From Marsupella aquatica (taxonomy: Eukaryota; Plantae; Marchantiophyta), in NCBI GenBank assembly GCA_973895155.1, contig OZ316897.1:21108260-21172259 (forward strand): a stretch of 64,000 nt of DNA, in the 5' to 3' direction. Positions 38,808 to 50,382 of the stretch are shown piece by piece. Within the stretch, counting starts at the first letter, position 1. Every line of letters starts with the position of its first letter. A program made the translations under genes and the position numbers. The notes under the pieces were generated by a model. It had not been told where the DNA came from and made no database searches. It saw only the letters and a list, made by a program, of their open reading frames with translations.

Positions 38808-39816
38808 CAAGATTGCAAGCTGTGTTGTCGCGGCTGGAAAGTGACGAAGGCAGTACTGCCAGCCCAGCTATGATCAGGTTTTCGTTTTTGGCTTGATCAA
38901 GGAAGGGCATACGTTGGGAAAGCACCATATCCGGACGTTTTTATTGCAGCCATCAACGAGGGTAATTCTGAGAAAGGAAGTTTGAGGTTGTGCAATTTGG
39001 AGTGTATCTTGCCGTTGCCAGGCTGAAATACTATTTCATCCATTCACCAATTTTGCCACCAATGGTGCTAAAAGCCATTCCCAACACTTCAGGTACTCTC
39101 ACTGAGAAACAATTGGGAAGAATATCGTTGGTCATTGTGAGAATTGACAAAAAATTCTATTGCTAGGTTCAGTAGATAACATGGAAAATAAAGCTCTTTG
39201 AGTTCTTCTCGACAGTCGAAATCACAGATGTGCGAAATGTAGCGATTGGCTTGATCTGTTAAAAATTCTCTTATAACTCCTTCAAATTTTCTCGTTAGCT
39301 TGGGTGAAGAATTGTTTTGCATAAGCGCTCGAGTAGTTTCCTTGTCGTGGAGAAGAGCTTGAGAGAATAATTCTCGTTGACTGAAGCTAGGTACTCGACA
39401 CGTAATTTGTCTAAGCAGGTTTATCATGAATGAAAGTTTTCGGAAAAGAATGAACATTGAGTTATCTACTTTTGCGAGTTTTGGTAAGGTGTTTGATTAT
39501 ACATTTTAGATTCTGTTAAATGTTTGAGTCCAATCTGTAAACCATTCCTCGATGTGTTTGCCAGGGTCTTGGTTCCCTCCGACTGATATTTTTTTCCTAG
39601 TTTCGGACGAGAGGTGAAGTACGGAGTTTTATTAACGTTCCTTTGACTCGCGTCGGGAGCATTGTACCTATCAATTAGCTCGTATTTACTAGCTCGCAGT
39701 CAGCTTCGACTCCGGTAGGATTCGCTGACGACCGTCTTGAGAGATAAAAAATTAAACAATTAAGTTTGTTTCAGATGAGGTCACTTAGACGGTGCTCAGT
39801 CTAAGACTTTAGGGGT

Positions 39817-40585
39817 GGCGAGAGAAGATGTGTCTAAAGTCAATACCGTTGGAGATTCATATTATATGCACAGGCCTGAATTGCTACTGCTACTTAGTGA
39901 AGTAATGATTGAATTGTTGCATTCAATATATTCCTTTGAGGCACTGAATATTCTAAAACAGTCGGTGTGAATTTGTTTTGACAAAAAATAGGTCAATTGC
40001 ACAACAATGTCACACATCCGGTATTGATGTAAAATCGATCGCTTGAAAGGTTTTTAATCTCGTTAACATTATCTCGCGTGTCCGTTTTGAAGGAGATCAT
40101 CAGTTCTCCGACAGAAGTTTCGCATCCAAGATGGTGCAATGGAGTCTACCATTCCAATTATGGCTCTTACTGCCACTGCAACTCATCGTGTACGAGCAGA
40201 CATACTAATTTCCCTAGGCATTGACAAGGGAAACCCCAAGACTGTCCTGACAACCTTCTTCAGACCGAATCTGCAATTTTCTGTACGCCGCTGATATCAA
40301 GATTGATGATGGTCGCAAAGTTTATAAACTGGATGTCTGCGACATCATACGAAAAGTAATTATCATCTACTTCCGGAGATGCCTTTAATGTGTCTCTGTT
40401 TGATTCAGAACTGTTCACGTACTCTATCCACGCTTATAAGGATGCTCATTGTTTGGATGCAATCAAGGAATTCGTTTCCAAATTGAGACTTCAGAACTCA
40501 GGTGCAAGGTATATGGATTGATTATAGGAATTTCCACTAGAAAACGTGCGTCACGAAATTACCTAATGAACTTCCCGTTAGGGTT
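39817..40585 (+). pseudogene. Inverted duplicate of 13841-14608 (RecQsim intron-exon-intron fragment)
   Basis: Near-identical reverse complement, including the exon encoding [45 protein letters not shown]. Confidence 0.93.
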
Positions 40586-40586
40586 G

Positions 40587-42866
40587 TGGAAGCTTGCATG
40601 ACACATGGTTCTGTCTGCAAGCAGTGAGTAGACTATTCCAAAGTAGTATTCCAAATTTTGGTCCCCCCCTCCACCTTCTCAGCGTGCAGGATACTACTGT
40701 CTAACAGCTGTAAATGCCGCGTTTTCCGTTCCATATCTTCTCAGACTATCGCTTCTTATCGTCTGTTTTGAATGTGTTTTCCTTGTAGGGATTGGATCGA
40801 GACTGGATTTGGTGGCGAGGATTTGGGCGGATGCTCGTTGACCTTAATTTCGTCAAGGAATCCATTGACTGGGTGAGTAGCTTCTCTTTGTCGGCCTTTT
40901 TGTCAATTTTGTCCTCTTTAAGGCTGGGTAGCAATCTTAATAGTCTTCTTTCATGGATTTACTACAAGTATCTGCCGCACGTGCTCTGCAATATATCCAC
41001 CTGTAGCTGTTCTACTTCGTCTGAATGTACCTTCCACCGCGGGAAGTCCTTGTATATGTCTTCATCCGTTTGTTCATCATGGAGAGTGGATCTCATGTGA
41101 ACAAGTTGACTGTGCCAACCCTCAAGTTTCCTGACTTGACTCCTACGGGTTTCGAGTTCCTGGAAAGGTTTCAGAATCGATTTGGTCGAACGGTAGACAG
41201 TACCAGTAGCAGCAGTAGGGACAACTCTGGAGATCCACCTCTCCTTTCAGTTCATCCAGAAGGAGACATGATTCAGGCTATGAGGGAACCGAAGAAAATC
41301 TCATCAGAAAAAGCTCGGGAGTGGGGTAGAGGATGGGCAGATCCTCTAATTCGAAGACAACGATTGGGTGGTAAGGGAAGGAAGGGGAAACAAGGTAAGA
41401 AACAGAGAAGACGCCTCTCACTGCACACAGTTAGCGGGAGGCTAGCGTCCAAGCTAGCTGTGAAGCGGTAAATTCGGTCTTGCTCAAGAACCTTTGCATG
41501 CATGAAAAGCAAAGTTTTACTAGTCATTCGAGCTTTTAGCTTAGTTTACTCAGGCTAGAAACCCAGCGGTTCTGTCAATTATTTTCTGTGATGACCAAGC
41601 TTGAAATTTTGGAACCTGTTATAAAGCGAAAAGGTTCTCACTAGAACGGATACTTACGTGCAATTGTGGGGGAATAAGTTTATGCACTCTGCTCTCATGC
41701 GTTTCGTACAGTTTACATGCTGACTTCTTATCACATGAAATTTCTTCAATTTCTTTGACATTGATAAGTGATGGGTCTTTTCCCTCAACAAACTTGTATT
41801 GCTCTAACCTCAACGCATATCACTTATGAACTATGTTCCTGAGGATGTAACTGTAGGTGTCGGCCAATATATTCCTTGGTTGGTACACAACGAATACCAC
41901 AAATGCTGCATATAGGATACTTCTGGAAGAGAAATGCCGAATGGATCGCACTCATGCAAGCCGGTCGAGACTTGTGCTACATGACCCGAAGTCGTTCACA
42001 TAATCGTAATCCCAGTCGGATACAATCACCCAATATCAGAACTAAGAAATGGAAATACCATGTCACCCAGACGACTTTTAATGATGCAAATACGAATTCT
42101 GCAACAAATTCCGGCATCAACGGTTTTAAAATTGGAATAAACGGAAATACCATAGTACCAAGGCACTGTATTAATGATTAGATACAACTTTTGGAAAAGG
42201 TTTGGGCATCAATGGTTGTAGAATCTTGTAGAGTTTGGGTGATGTTCCCTTTTGGGAGTGCCCTTTAGATTGAGTTCATTTATTCAATTAAAATAAATAA
42301 ATCACAATCGATGAGAATTCTGTTTTCTTTCATTAGATTTGTCTCAAATCCATGCTAGCATGGTGGGCGCTAGTCATGGCCACAAGTCATTCTTACCGAT
42401 GTTTCCTCACAAGACCTGTGGCTCCCTCACAAAATTTCTTCCGGGTCAATGCACGTCTTTCGACCCATTTTACGGGATCAAAATCTCATCCGGAGGAGCG
42501 AAAAGAGTTGCGATCCTAGCGTTCTGCGTCAAGATGCGTTGAAGATCTGCAAAACAAATCACCCAAGTACTAGATTGATTGATTCCAAGCAATCTGTTGC
42601 AGTTACGTCGATTGCTCAAACTTTCTATCAAACTTGGACATGAATGAAACTGGCAAGGAGCAAAGAAATACTCCGACTTCTGTATCCATGACAATTTTCC
42701 TTTTCATTCCCGATCATGCTTTGACAATGTGAGAGGGAAAATAACCTGTTCTTGGACATGAAAACTGTGCAGTCAGTTCTGCCAGGAAGAATGATTCTTT
42801 TACCCTCGCTCTGCACTAGTCTGCATTGTGCTAATGGCAGCTTATTTCCCTTATAAATCTGTAATC
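40587..42866 (+). pseudogene. Inverted duplicate of 7800-10153 (last two RecQsim exons, intergenic region, extreme 3' end of GPI1)
   Basis: Paired near-identical ORFs on opposite strands (9267-9713 vs 41025-41471; 9211-9465 vs 41273-41527; 8923-9117 vs 41619-41813); last-exon acceptor changed catgcag to catggag. Confidence 0.95.
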
Positions 42867-43515
42867 AGTCCCTACACGCACGTCCGATTCAAAGCCGGCA
42901 TGTCGAATACGCTCGTGAATTTCTATTCCGTATGTTAGAGCTAATGGGCTGGCACATCCTTTCAGGATGCTCATCTCATTAGGCTGCACGCCTTCTTGGC
43001 GCATTTGATGGAAAAGTTCGGATGCAGATCGAACATGATCAGTCTTGGCATATCCTCCAATCATGTTGGTCGAAGGAATAACACTCTTCTTCTGAAGTTG
43101 ATAAAAAACTCTACGTGCATCCAACAATCCTCCGCATTTGATATAGACATTCAAGAGCGTGGTGCCACATATGGATTCTTATCGATTCCACTCTCGATGA
43201 TGCAATCATGGATTTTCTTGGCTGCTGAAAGGTCTTTCTGTTGCAAGAACATTTGCAGAACCTCGACATATGTGTACGAGTCTATAGTAATGCCTCGTTG
43301 TAGACAATCTTTAAAGATAGCAATTGTTTCACTCGTGGCACCACACCATGCATATGCCCACTGCCATTCTCTTTCCCTTCTGTAGTGACTTGAGACCAAT
43401 CTCTCGTGCAATGACCAACATGACATTGAAGTCTAGAGTGAGTAATCAAATTCTCCCTTGCCCCAACACATGCTGCAGCTGACTATCCATCCACCCAATG
43501 TGCTTTCCTTGTCAT
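42867..43515 (-). pseudogene. Truncated PPR (PLS) pseudogene: N-terminus plus first L-S-P-L motifs, cut at ESDVRVGT
   Basis: MTRKAHWVDG* start; GITIDSYTYVEVLQM..AAKKIHDCIIESGIDKNPYVA, frameshift, NVYIKCGGLLDARRVF..HAGFESDVRVGT; then joins the inverted duplication. Confidence 0.92.
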
Positions 43516-43790
43516 CTTCTGGTTGAACTTAGGTGCTCTGGGCTTCCTCTGTCATCACAACAACCCACGATCAGATGTGGTACCAGGATAAAATCCAGGA
43601 GATCCCACCAGGTGCAACGAATTTGTATTCATTTATTTATTTATTGAGGACTATATTTCCCAATGATCTTCCTACGATGAATGTTCGATAGCAGACCGGT
43701 AAGTCTCGATGCATGCCTACCTCCGTCCAGAGAAAAGTTTTCTTATGTCTCTTGCTCTGTGGTCTTGGAACAGATAACTTGCCAAAGTCA

Positions 43791-44046
43791 GATGACTCCT
43801 TTTCAACTGAGAGTAACGGCTATCTGTCAAGAATGCACATTACCCTTAGAGTACTAAAATACTTGTGAAAGGCACATCCAGGGAGCTCAAGTATGAATAA
43901 GCTCGTTCATACTCCGGTGATGACTCCTTTTCAACTGAGAGTAACGGCTATCTGTCAAGAATGCACATTACCCTTAGAGTACTAAAATACTTGTGAAAGG
44001 CACATCCAGGGAGCTCAAGTATGAATAAGCTCGTTCATACTCCGGT
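43791..44046. repeat. Perfect 128-bp tandem duplication upstream of the PPR pseudogene
   Basis: gatgactccttttcaactgagag...gctcgttcatactccggt at 43791 and 43919; a single homologous copy lies at about 48610-48742. Confidence 0.92.
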
Positions 44047-45137
44047 ATTTCACTGTAACCATAGAAGGAAACAGTCAAGAGCCTATCGAATTGGGACTAA
44101 AGAATTTCAACAATCAGTCACATGTTATCCTTGGGCTGTGTATAGGCTAGACTCGTAGGACACTTTGACAGGCGTTCATTTGTAAGTTGCCTACACTGTC
44201 CTTTCTATGCTATACACAAACCAGAAAATCTCAGGTTTTTTAAATGAGACAACAATTCAGAAATAAAGCCCAGCCAGCATCTGCTCTATAGATCCATTGT
44301 GATTAGACACAGATGACATGAATGTGAAAGCGCTTCCCCCTCCCTCTCCTACAATTCAGAAAATAAAGCCTACCCAGCATTCTTTGAATTGGCTCTGCAG
44401 AATCCATCGAGAGTAGACAAATATGACATGAATGTGACAGCGCACACCCCCGCCACCACACCCTCCTCCCTTCTCCTTGTGCTTCCTTGGAGATCCAAAA
44501 ACGAATCAAACTGACGTTCAAGTCAAGTCTTCATCCCATAAAACTCTCATAGCAGGAAATTCATGCAACTATAAATGTCACACGGTGGTGCTGTAACAAG
44601 GGTTTTTGGTTAAAAGTAGGTAATCACAACGTTGAAATCGCTCTTCACTCTCATTACCTGAAGGTCTTGTACAAGAACAATGGCTGATGTAATACTACTT
44701 TGTTGAGAATGTGTTCAAGGTCGTTTGGTCACATCATCATCCAACAAAATGACATACATAAAAAATTAATCATACCTGGCTCTGGCGTGTTGCCTAAAGC
44801 GGTCCATATCCAAAATTTCCATAGAGTCAGTTCCGTTCCCCTGCCGGAGATAGAGCGCTTATTGGTACAGTCGTGAGAGATATGATCTTACCTGTTTGAC
44901 AAACGTTCAAATTAGTCTAAGTATTGCAATCTTGCAGAGCCGTCGAATTTCAAGTCTCATCTTTCCTTCCCCTTGGAGTAAGGAACGAAAATTCACTACA
45001 CAAAGGCTCTGTTGGAGAAACCTTACCCGGGCAGAGGAATATCAGCTCAACGGAACAATTGGAGGGTACCCCTAGGGCTGCCAGCGAGTCCTGTTTACAG
45101 TCACTTTCCAGCAAGCGCAACACAGCTTTTTATCTGG

Positions 45138-48100
45138 TCACCAATAATCACCACAAGAACACACGCCATCCTTGAAATGGTGAAAGCGATTTGCATCTCT
45201 CGCTATAATCTCGCGTCCTGTCACCTCAGAGATAAACTTCGTTGCTGTATGGCAATCTGGACACACCCGAAGGTTCTTCCTTACACGAATTGGTTCTCCC
45301 CGAGGAATGTGCATAAGTCCGTAAGCAATAGCCAACTTCTCACTATGCGAACAAAGAGCTAGTTCTTTATCCTCCTCTTTCATATCATGCAATACAAGCC
45401 GGGTATCCGGAATGTAGCCTTTAGCCTTCAGTTTTTCAGTCAATTTATTGAGCTCGATATATATCGCCTTCGCTTCTGGGTGAGATGTATCCCCTACAAG
45501 AAACTCATGGATTTTGTTATCAACCTTAATCCAGCTACGCCCTGGCTCCTTCCGAATACCTCTCTGCTGCATCAGACTGCGCACCAATGAAACCTTCTCC
45601 CATTTGCCAGCCGCAGCATAGATGTTGGAGAGAAGCACATATGTAGAGGCCTCACTGGGTTCCAACTTGAAAAGCTCTTTTGCCGCGAGTTCGCCCAACC
45701 CCACATTACCGTGGGTTCTACAAGCCCCAAGAAAGGCTGTCCAGGTCACTTCATCTGGTTCAACTGGCATTTCACTAATGAACCGCTTTGCTTCCTCCAA
45801 GTGTCCCGCGCGCCCAAGAAGATCAACCATGCAGGTATAATGCAGAATATCAGGCTCGATGCCATAATCTTGTGTCATAGCTGAAAAGAGTCTCCGACCG
45901 TCCTCAACAAGGCCCCCATGAGAACAAGCTGATAACACTCCCACAAATGTTGTCCCGCTAGGCTTCACAAGATCCGCAATCATTTTTCTGAAGACTGCCA
46001 GGGCTTCATGCCCACATCCATGTTGTGCAAGTCCACCGATCATTACATTCCATGAAACCACATCCCGCTTCTCCATTCGGTCAAAAGCAAGTCGGGCGTC
46101 ATCTATACTGCCACTCTCTGCATACATGTGAACCACTGCCGACATCACACGCAAATCTGACTCCAGTCCCGCGTTGGTAGCATGGCCATGAATCTCCTTC
46201 ACCCACTCCAAAGCGCCGGCACTTGCAGATGCATTCAGGATGCTCAGATAAGTGATTGTATCTGGTTGGAGACCTTCTAGTCTCATTTGAAGAAATAGTC
46301 GATATGCTTCATGCCCAAATCCATGTTGTGCAAGCCCACCGATCATTGCATTCCATGTGACTACACTGCGTTTCTCCATTCTGTCAAAAACTAGTCGGGC
46401 GGCATCTAGACTGCCGCTCTCTGCATACATGTGAACCATTGCAGTGCCCACACGCACATCTGAATCCAGTCCCGCTTTGGTAGCATAGCCGTGAATCTCC
46501 TTCACCCACTCCAAAGCCCCCGCACTTGCAGATGCATTCAGGATGCTCACATAAGTGAATGCATCGGGTTCGAAACCTTCTTGTCTCATTTGGAGAAACA
46601 GCCGATATGCTTCATGCCCACATGCATGCTGTGCAAGTGCACCGATCATTACATTCCATGTGACTACATCGCGTTTCTCCATTTTGTCAAACACTAGTCG
46701 GGCATCATCTATGCTGCCACTCTCTGCATACATGTGAACCAGTGCATTGCCTACACGCAAATCTGACTCCACTCCCGCTTTGCTAGCCTGGTCATGAACG
46801 TCCTTGACCCATTCCAAAGCCCCTTCACTGGCAGATGCATTCAGGATGCTCGCGTAAGTGAATGCATCTGGTTCTAAACCTTCCCGTCTCATTTGGAGAA
46901 ACAGTTGATATGCTTCCAAACCATGCCCAAGAGCTGCATATGCTCGAATCATAACATTCCACGTAATAACATTTCGATTGGTCAACGCTTCAAAAACTTT
47001 CCTTGCCTCGGTGATGCACCCACATTTTGCGTACATCAGTAGGAGGGCAGTCCCTACACGAACGCCCGATTCAAAGCCGGCATGTCGAATAAGCTCATGA
47101 ATTTCTTTTCCGCATGTGAGAGCTAATGGACTGCCAAATCCTTTCAAGATGCTCAGATATGTGATCTCATTAGGCTGCACGCCTTCTTGGCGCATTTGAT
47201 TGAAAAGCTTTACTGCAGATTCAGGATGATCACTCTTAGCATATCCTGCAATCATGTTGTTCCAAGTAATAACACTCTTCTTCTCAAGTTGATCAAAAAC
47301 TCGGCGTGCATCCAACAATGCCCCACATTTAATATATACATTCAGGAGGGTTACCGCCACATATTGATTCTTATCCATTCCACTCTGGATGATGTGGTCT
47401 TGCACCTGCTTCGCAACTAAGAGGTCTTTCTGTTTGGAGCACATCTGCAGAACTTTAACATATGTGTACGAGTTTGTAGTAATGCCTCGGTGCAGACGAT
47501 TCTGCAACACAACAACTGCTTGACTCGCGGTCCCCGCGCTATGCATGTCGCTACTGCCATTCTGTTGTGCACTGTTTCGAGACCAATCTCCGTGACAATT
47601 GGAAAGAGATAAGCATCCGCCTTGACCAATGAAATCGAGCCCTGCCGCCCTCCATTTTACTGTCCTGAGCAGCTCCTCGGTTGTCAGGTGGTTCCTTCCT
47701 AAATTCTCAGTCACCCCTTCTTCACAGATAGCTGAAGATTGCTCCTCTTCTTGCCTGGATAGAGGTTCCGGCTCTCGAATGTCTTGTACACCGTTCGTTA
47801 TTAAACATCTGGTCAATTTCGAGTTTATGTCACCTGTTCGTCCGAGTTGCAGTTTCAAGCTGTCAGTGTTCTGTTGACGTGATTCAATCCCACCAACGAC
47901 TTTATGTGAAGGGTTCCAATTCTGCTCGATCATCTTTGCCGCTTCCTTCCACTTGGCAGCACCTGGGTAAGTTTGAGGGGATGGTGCCTCCAGCCGTGCT
48001 ACATGGTTGTCATGCCCCGTTACACTTCGAAAACCAGCGCAGGCCTCAGCTTCCCCATTGTATGCAGGCTGTGCTGATTGAGCTTCCCTACCGTACAACT

Positions 48101-48329
48101 CGGCAGCCTTCTTCTGAAGCCTCCAATGATCACGAAATGCGTCGAGCTCGTGCTGCACCCGCTGTAGGCACGGGCTGTAGATTTTTGCCACGTCAGACAT
48201 CTGCCGGATGACGGGGCCCACAATTCCATATGAACGAGATTCCAATCTGCCTTGAGTAATTAATTTGAGCCTTGCCTTCACCCATGCTGGAGTAGAGCAG
48301 CAAACCACCCAAAGTGCTTTCCTTGTCAT
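45138..48329 (-). CDS. PLS-class PPR-DYW RNA-editing factor, intronless, 1063 aa with a long N-terminal extension
   Basis: Regular L-S-(P-L-S)x4-P2-L2-S2-E1-E2-DYW array; PGRSWIKV, HSEKLA, CPDCH and terminal DYW intact. Confidence 0.97.
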   Translation of the reverse strand: MTRKALWVVCCSTPAWVKARLKLITQGRLESRSYGIVGPVIRQMSDVAKIYSPCLQRVQHELDAFRDHWRLQKKAAELYGREAQSAQPAYNGEAEACAGFRSVTGHDNHVARLEAPSPQTYPGAAKWKEAAKMIEQNWNPSHKVVGGIESRQQNTDSLKLQLGRTGDINSKLTRCLITNGVQDIREPEPLSRQEEEQSSAICEEGVTENLGRNHLTTEELLRTVKWRAAGLDFIGQGGCLSLSNCHGDWSRNSAQQNGSSDMHSAGTASQAVVVLQNRLHRGITTNSYTYVKVLQMCSKQKDLLVAKQVQDHIIQSGMDKNQYVAVTLLNVYIKCGALLDARRVFDQLEKKSVITWNNMIAGYAKSDHPESAVKLFNQMRQEGVQPNEITYLSILKGFGSPLALTCGKEIHELIRHAGFESGVRVGTALLLMYAKCGCITEARKVFEALTNRNVITWNVMIRAYAALGHGLEAYQLFLQMRREGLEPDAFTYASILNASASEGALEWVKDVHDQASKAGVESDLRVGNALVHMYAESGSIDDARLVFDKMEKRDVVTWNVMIGALAQHACGHEAYRLFLQMRQEGFEPDAFTYVSILNASASAGALEWVKEIHGYATKAGLDSDVRVGTAMVHMYAESGSLDAARLVFDRMEKRSVVTWNAMIGGLAQHGFGHEAYRLFLQMRLEGLQPDTITYLSILNASASAGALEWVKEIHGHATNAGLESDLRVMSAVVHMYAESGSIDDARLAFDRMEKRDVVSWNVMIGGLAQHGCGHEALAVFRKMIADLVKPSGTTFVGVLSACSHGGLVEDGRRLFSAMTQDYGIEPDILHYTCMVDLLGRAGHLEEAKRFISEMPVEPDEVTWTAFLGACRTHGNVGLGELAAKELFKLEPSEASTYVLLSNIYAAAGKWEKVSLVRSLMQQRGIRKEPGRSWIKVDNKIHEFLVGDTSHPEAKAIYIELNKLTEKLKAKGYIPDTRLVLHDMKEEDKELALCSHSEKLAIAYGLMHIPRGEPIRVRKNLRVCPDCHTATKFISEVTGREIIARDANRFHHFKDGVCSCGDYW

Positions 48330-48749
48330 CTTATGATTAAACTCAGATGTTCAGAGCTTTCTCTGTGAGCACCACAAACACGATCAGATTGACCAGCACA
48401 AAATGAAAGCGACTCCACGAGGTGCAATGAATTCTTTTTATAATTGTTTCTAAAATCAAGACCATATTTCTACAATCAAACGGTAACAACAAGATAGCAG
48501 ACCGGTAAGTCCATGATTCTGGGGCAAGGACCCTACCTCCGTCCAAATATGTATTTTCTTGCCTCCCTTGCTCTGCTGCTACATTTGGTACGGAAAAAGC
48601 GCAAATGTGATATAACTCGTTTTCAATTGAGAGTAGCAGCGATCTGTCAAGAATGCAATGGTCTAAGAATAAAATACCGAAATAATTGTGAGAGGCACAT
48701 CTAGGTAGCTAAAAGAATCTATATGCTCGTTCACACTCCAGTACACTTT

Positions 48750-50382
48750 GCAGTCCTGGCGGTATGGAAATGCAGGGGAATCATTGTTTGGCAACTCGGT
48801 GATCACTGGATCAATGATGCCAGCTTTGGCCATATCCACATATACACCTCAGGGTGTAAAAACCAAATACGATAACAAATGCAATGCTAGGCATCAAGGA
48901 GAGTTGACTCTTCCACATCAAACCAAGATAGGGATAACTCCCCAAAAAATACATTCTCACTAAAGCAAATCCACCTAAATAGGACAGCGTTGAGCTCTCT
49001 TCTAAAGGTTTTCCCTTCTTTACTGGGAATTCCGCCTGTGTGCATTAGGGTGCTTTTCCCAAGGGCAGGGTTGGCACAACTCAAGGTACACCAGAGTTTG
49101 TATGACAATTACAAACAAGCATAGTGAACGTCGTATCCTTCTAAATTTTAGACCAAACACGGCGCTTGAAAGGGGCACAATTAATCCATCGACTTTAATT
49201 GCTTAATTAATTCAACAATGCCAGTGCTGCACGGCTCGTTATTTTCAGCTGCTGCATCTCGCTAATCATAACAGAACATGAAGAAATCATGTGTAGTAAG
49301 AGGTAGAAAAGTCACACACCTCTTGCCTCCTCGTATCCAATCTCTATGCTCTTCCGCTCCAGAAGCTTGCCCACCACAACTGCTCCTTCCACTCCAGCAT
49401 TTTGTGCTACAATGTACGCAGGTATCTGTCCAAATATATTTTAACAAGTGTACCAATTCAGCAGTGAGCTATTCGGACTATTCGGACAGGAGGGTCCGTA
49501 GTGCACATAGATACTGGGGCAACCCATTTTCCAATGACACTGTTGAACGAATCGATCACCTACACACACATGAGCTCGATGTCACCCACGGCAAAGCCAA
49601 AGGGTCTTGCTTGAAACACTACCTTACGACGTTTAAAATCATTCTTTTCTGCCCCGGGTGAATCTTCAGAGCCCTCAACATATTCGAGAGTCACGCCTAC
49701 CACGATTACCGCTTCATTAGGGGCACCCCATACTCACTTGTTGAAGAGCAAATCTTCTGCAAGATGAAGTGGGCCGAGGAAGGAGTCAGCAAATTATGTT
49801 GGAGGATCGGATACTCTAGCTATAAAACAAATTTTCCAGGTGATCGGTAAACCAACGAACCTTCAAAAACACATCCTAAACTATCCCCATATTGTCACCT
49901 ATCCTCACTGCCTTATAGAAAGGCAGCGATTTCTCCGTGCATTATTTGGTGCACAGTGTGACACGAGGGGAAGAAATAATGAAGCAGCTAAATATGTTTC
50001 CGAAGGCCTAACTCTACTGTAAATCCAAGCTCGGAATTCGCAAATAATATCAAAGCTCCCAGTTAGCAAATCCATCTTATTCCACTACGTACCGTGACCG
50101 AAATCTCATGCCCTAAAACGATGCCCGGCATCTCCCATGCACTACTGTGCCCCAAACTACATATCCCGGCTCATACACAAACCTCAGGAAAAGATAAATC
50201 CGGGACCTGATCACCTCTTCCGCTTACTAAGACCGTGTGGCAGCAGGGATTCCAAAGACGAAAACAAAAGACAATGCACTAAGAGATGGGGCGAATAATA
50301 GGCTGACAGCCAAAAGAATAGTCGAGCAAAAGAAGAAAACCCACCTTGCAGCACTCACAGAATGCTGTCGCCGGCTCTGCAT
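48750..50382 (-). pseudogene. HSP60: Second decayed mitochondrial HSP60: presequence exons (50382-50345, ~50235-50208) and C-terminal exons (49422-49320, 48848-48750)
   Basis: AYIVAQNAGVEGAVVVGKLLERKSIEIGYEEARG|gt and ag|GVYVDMAKAGIIDPV; first exon MQSRRQHSVSAAR|gt; region 49850-50760 is an inverted homologue of 34710-35600. Confidence 0.88.
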
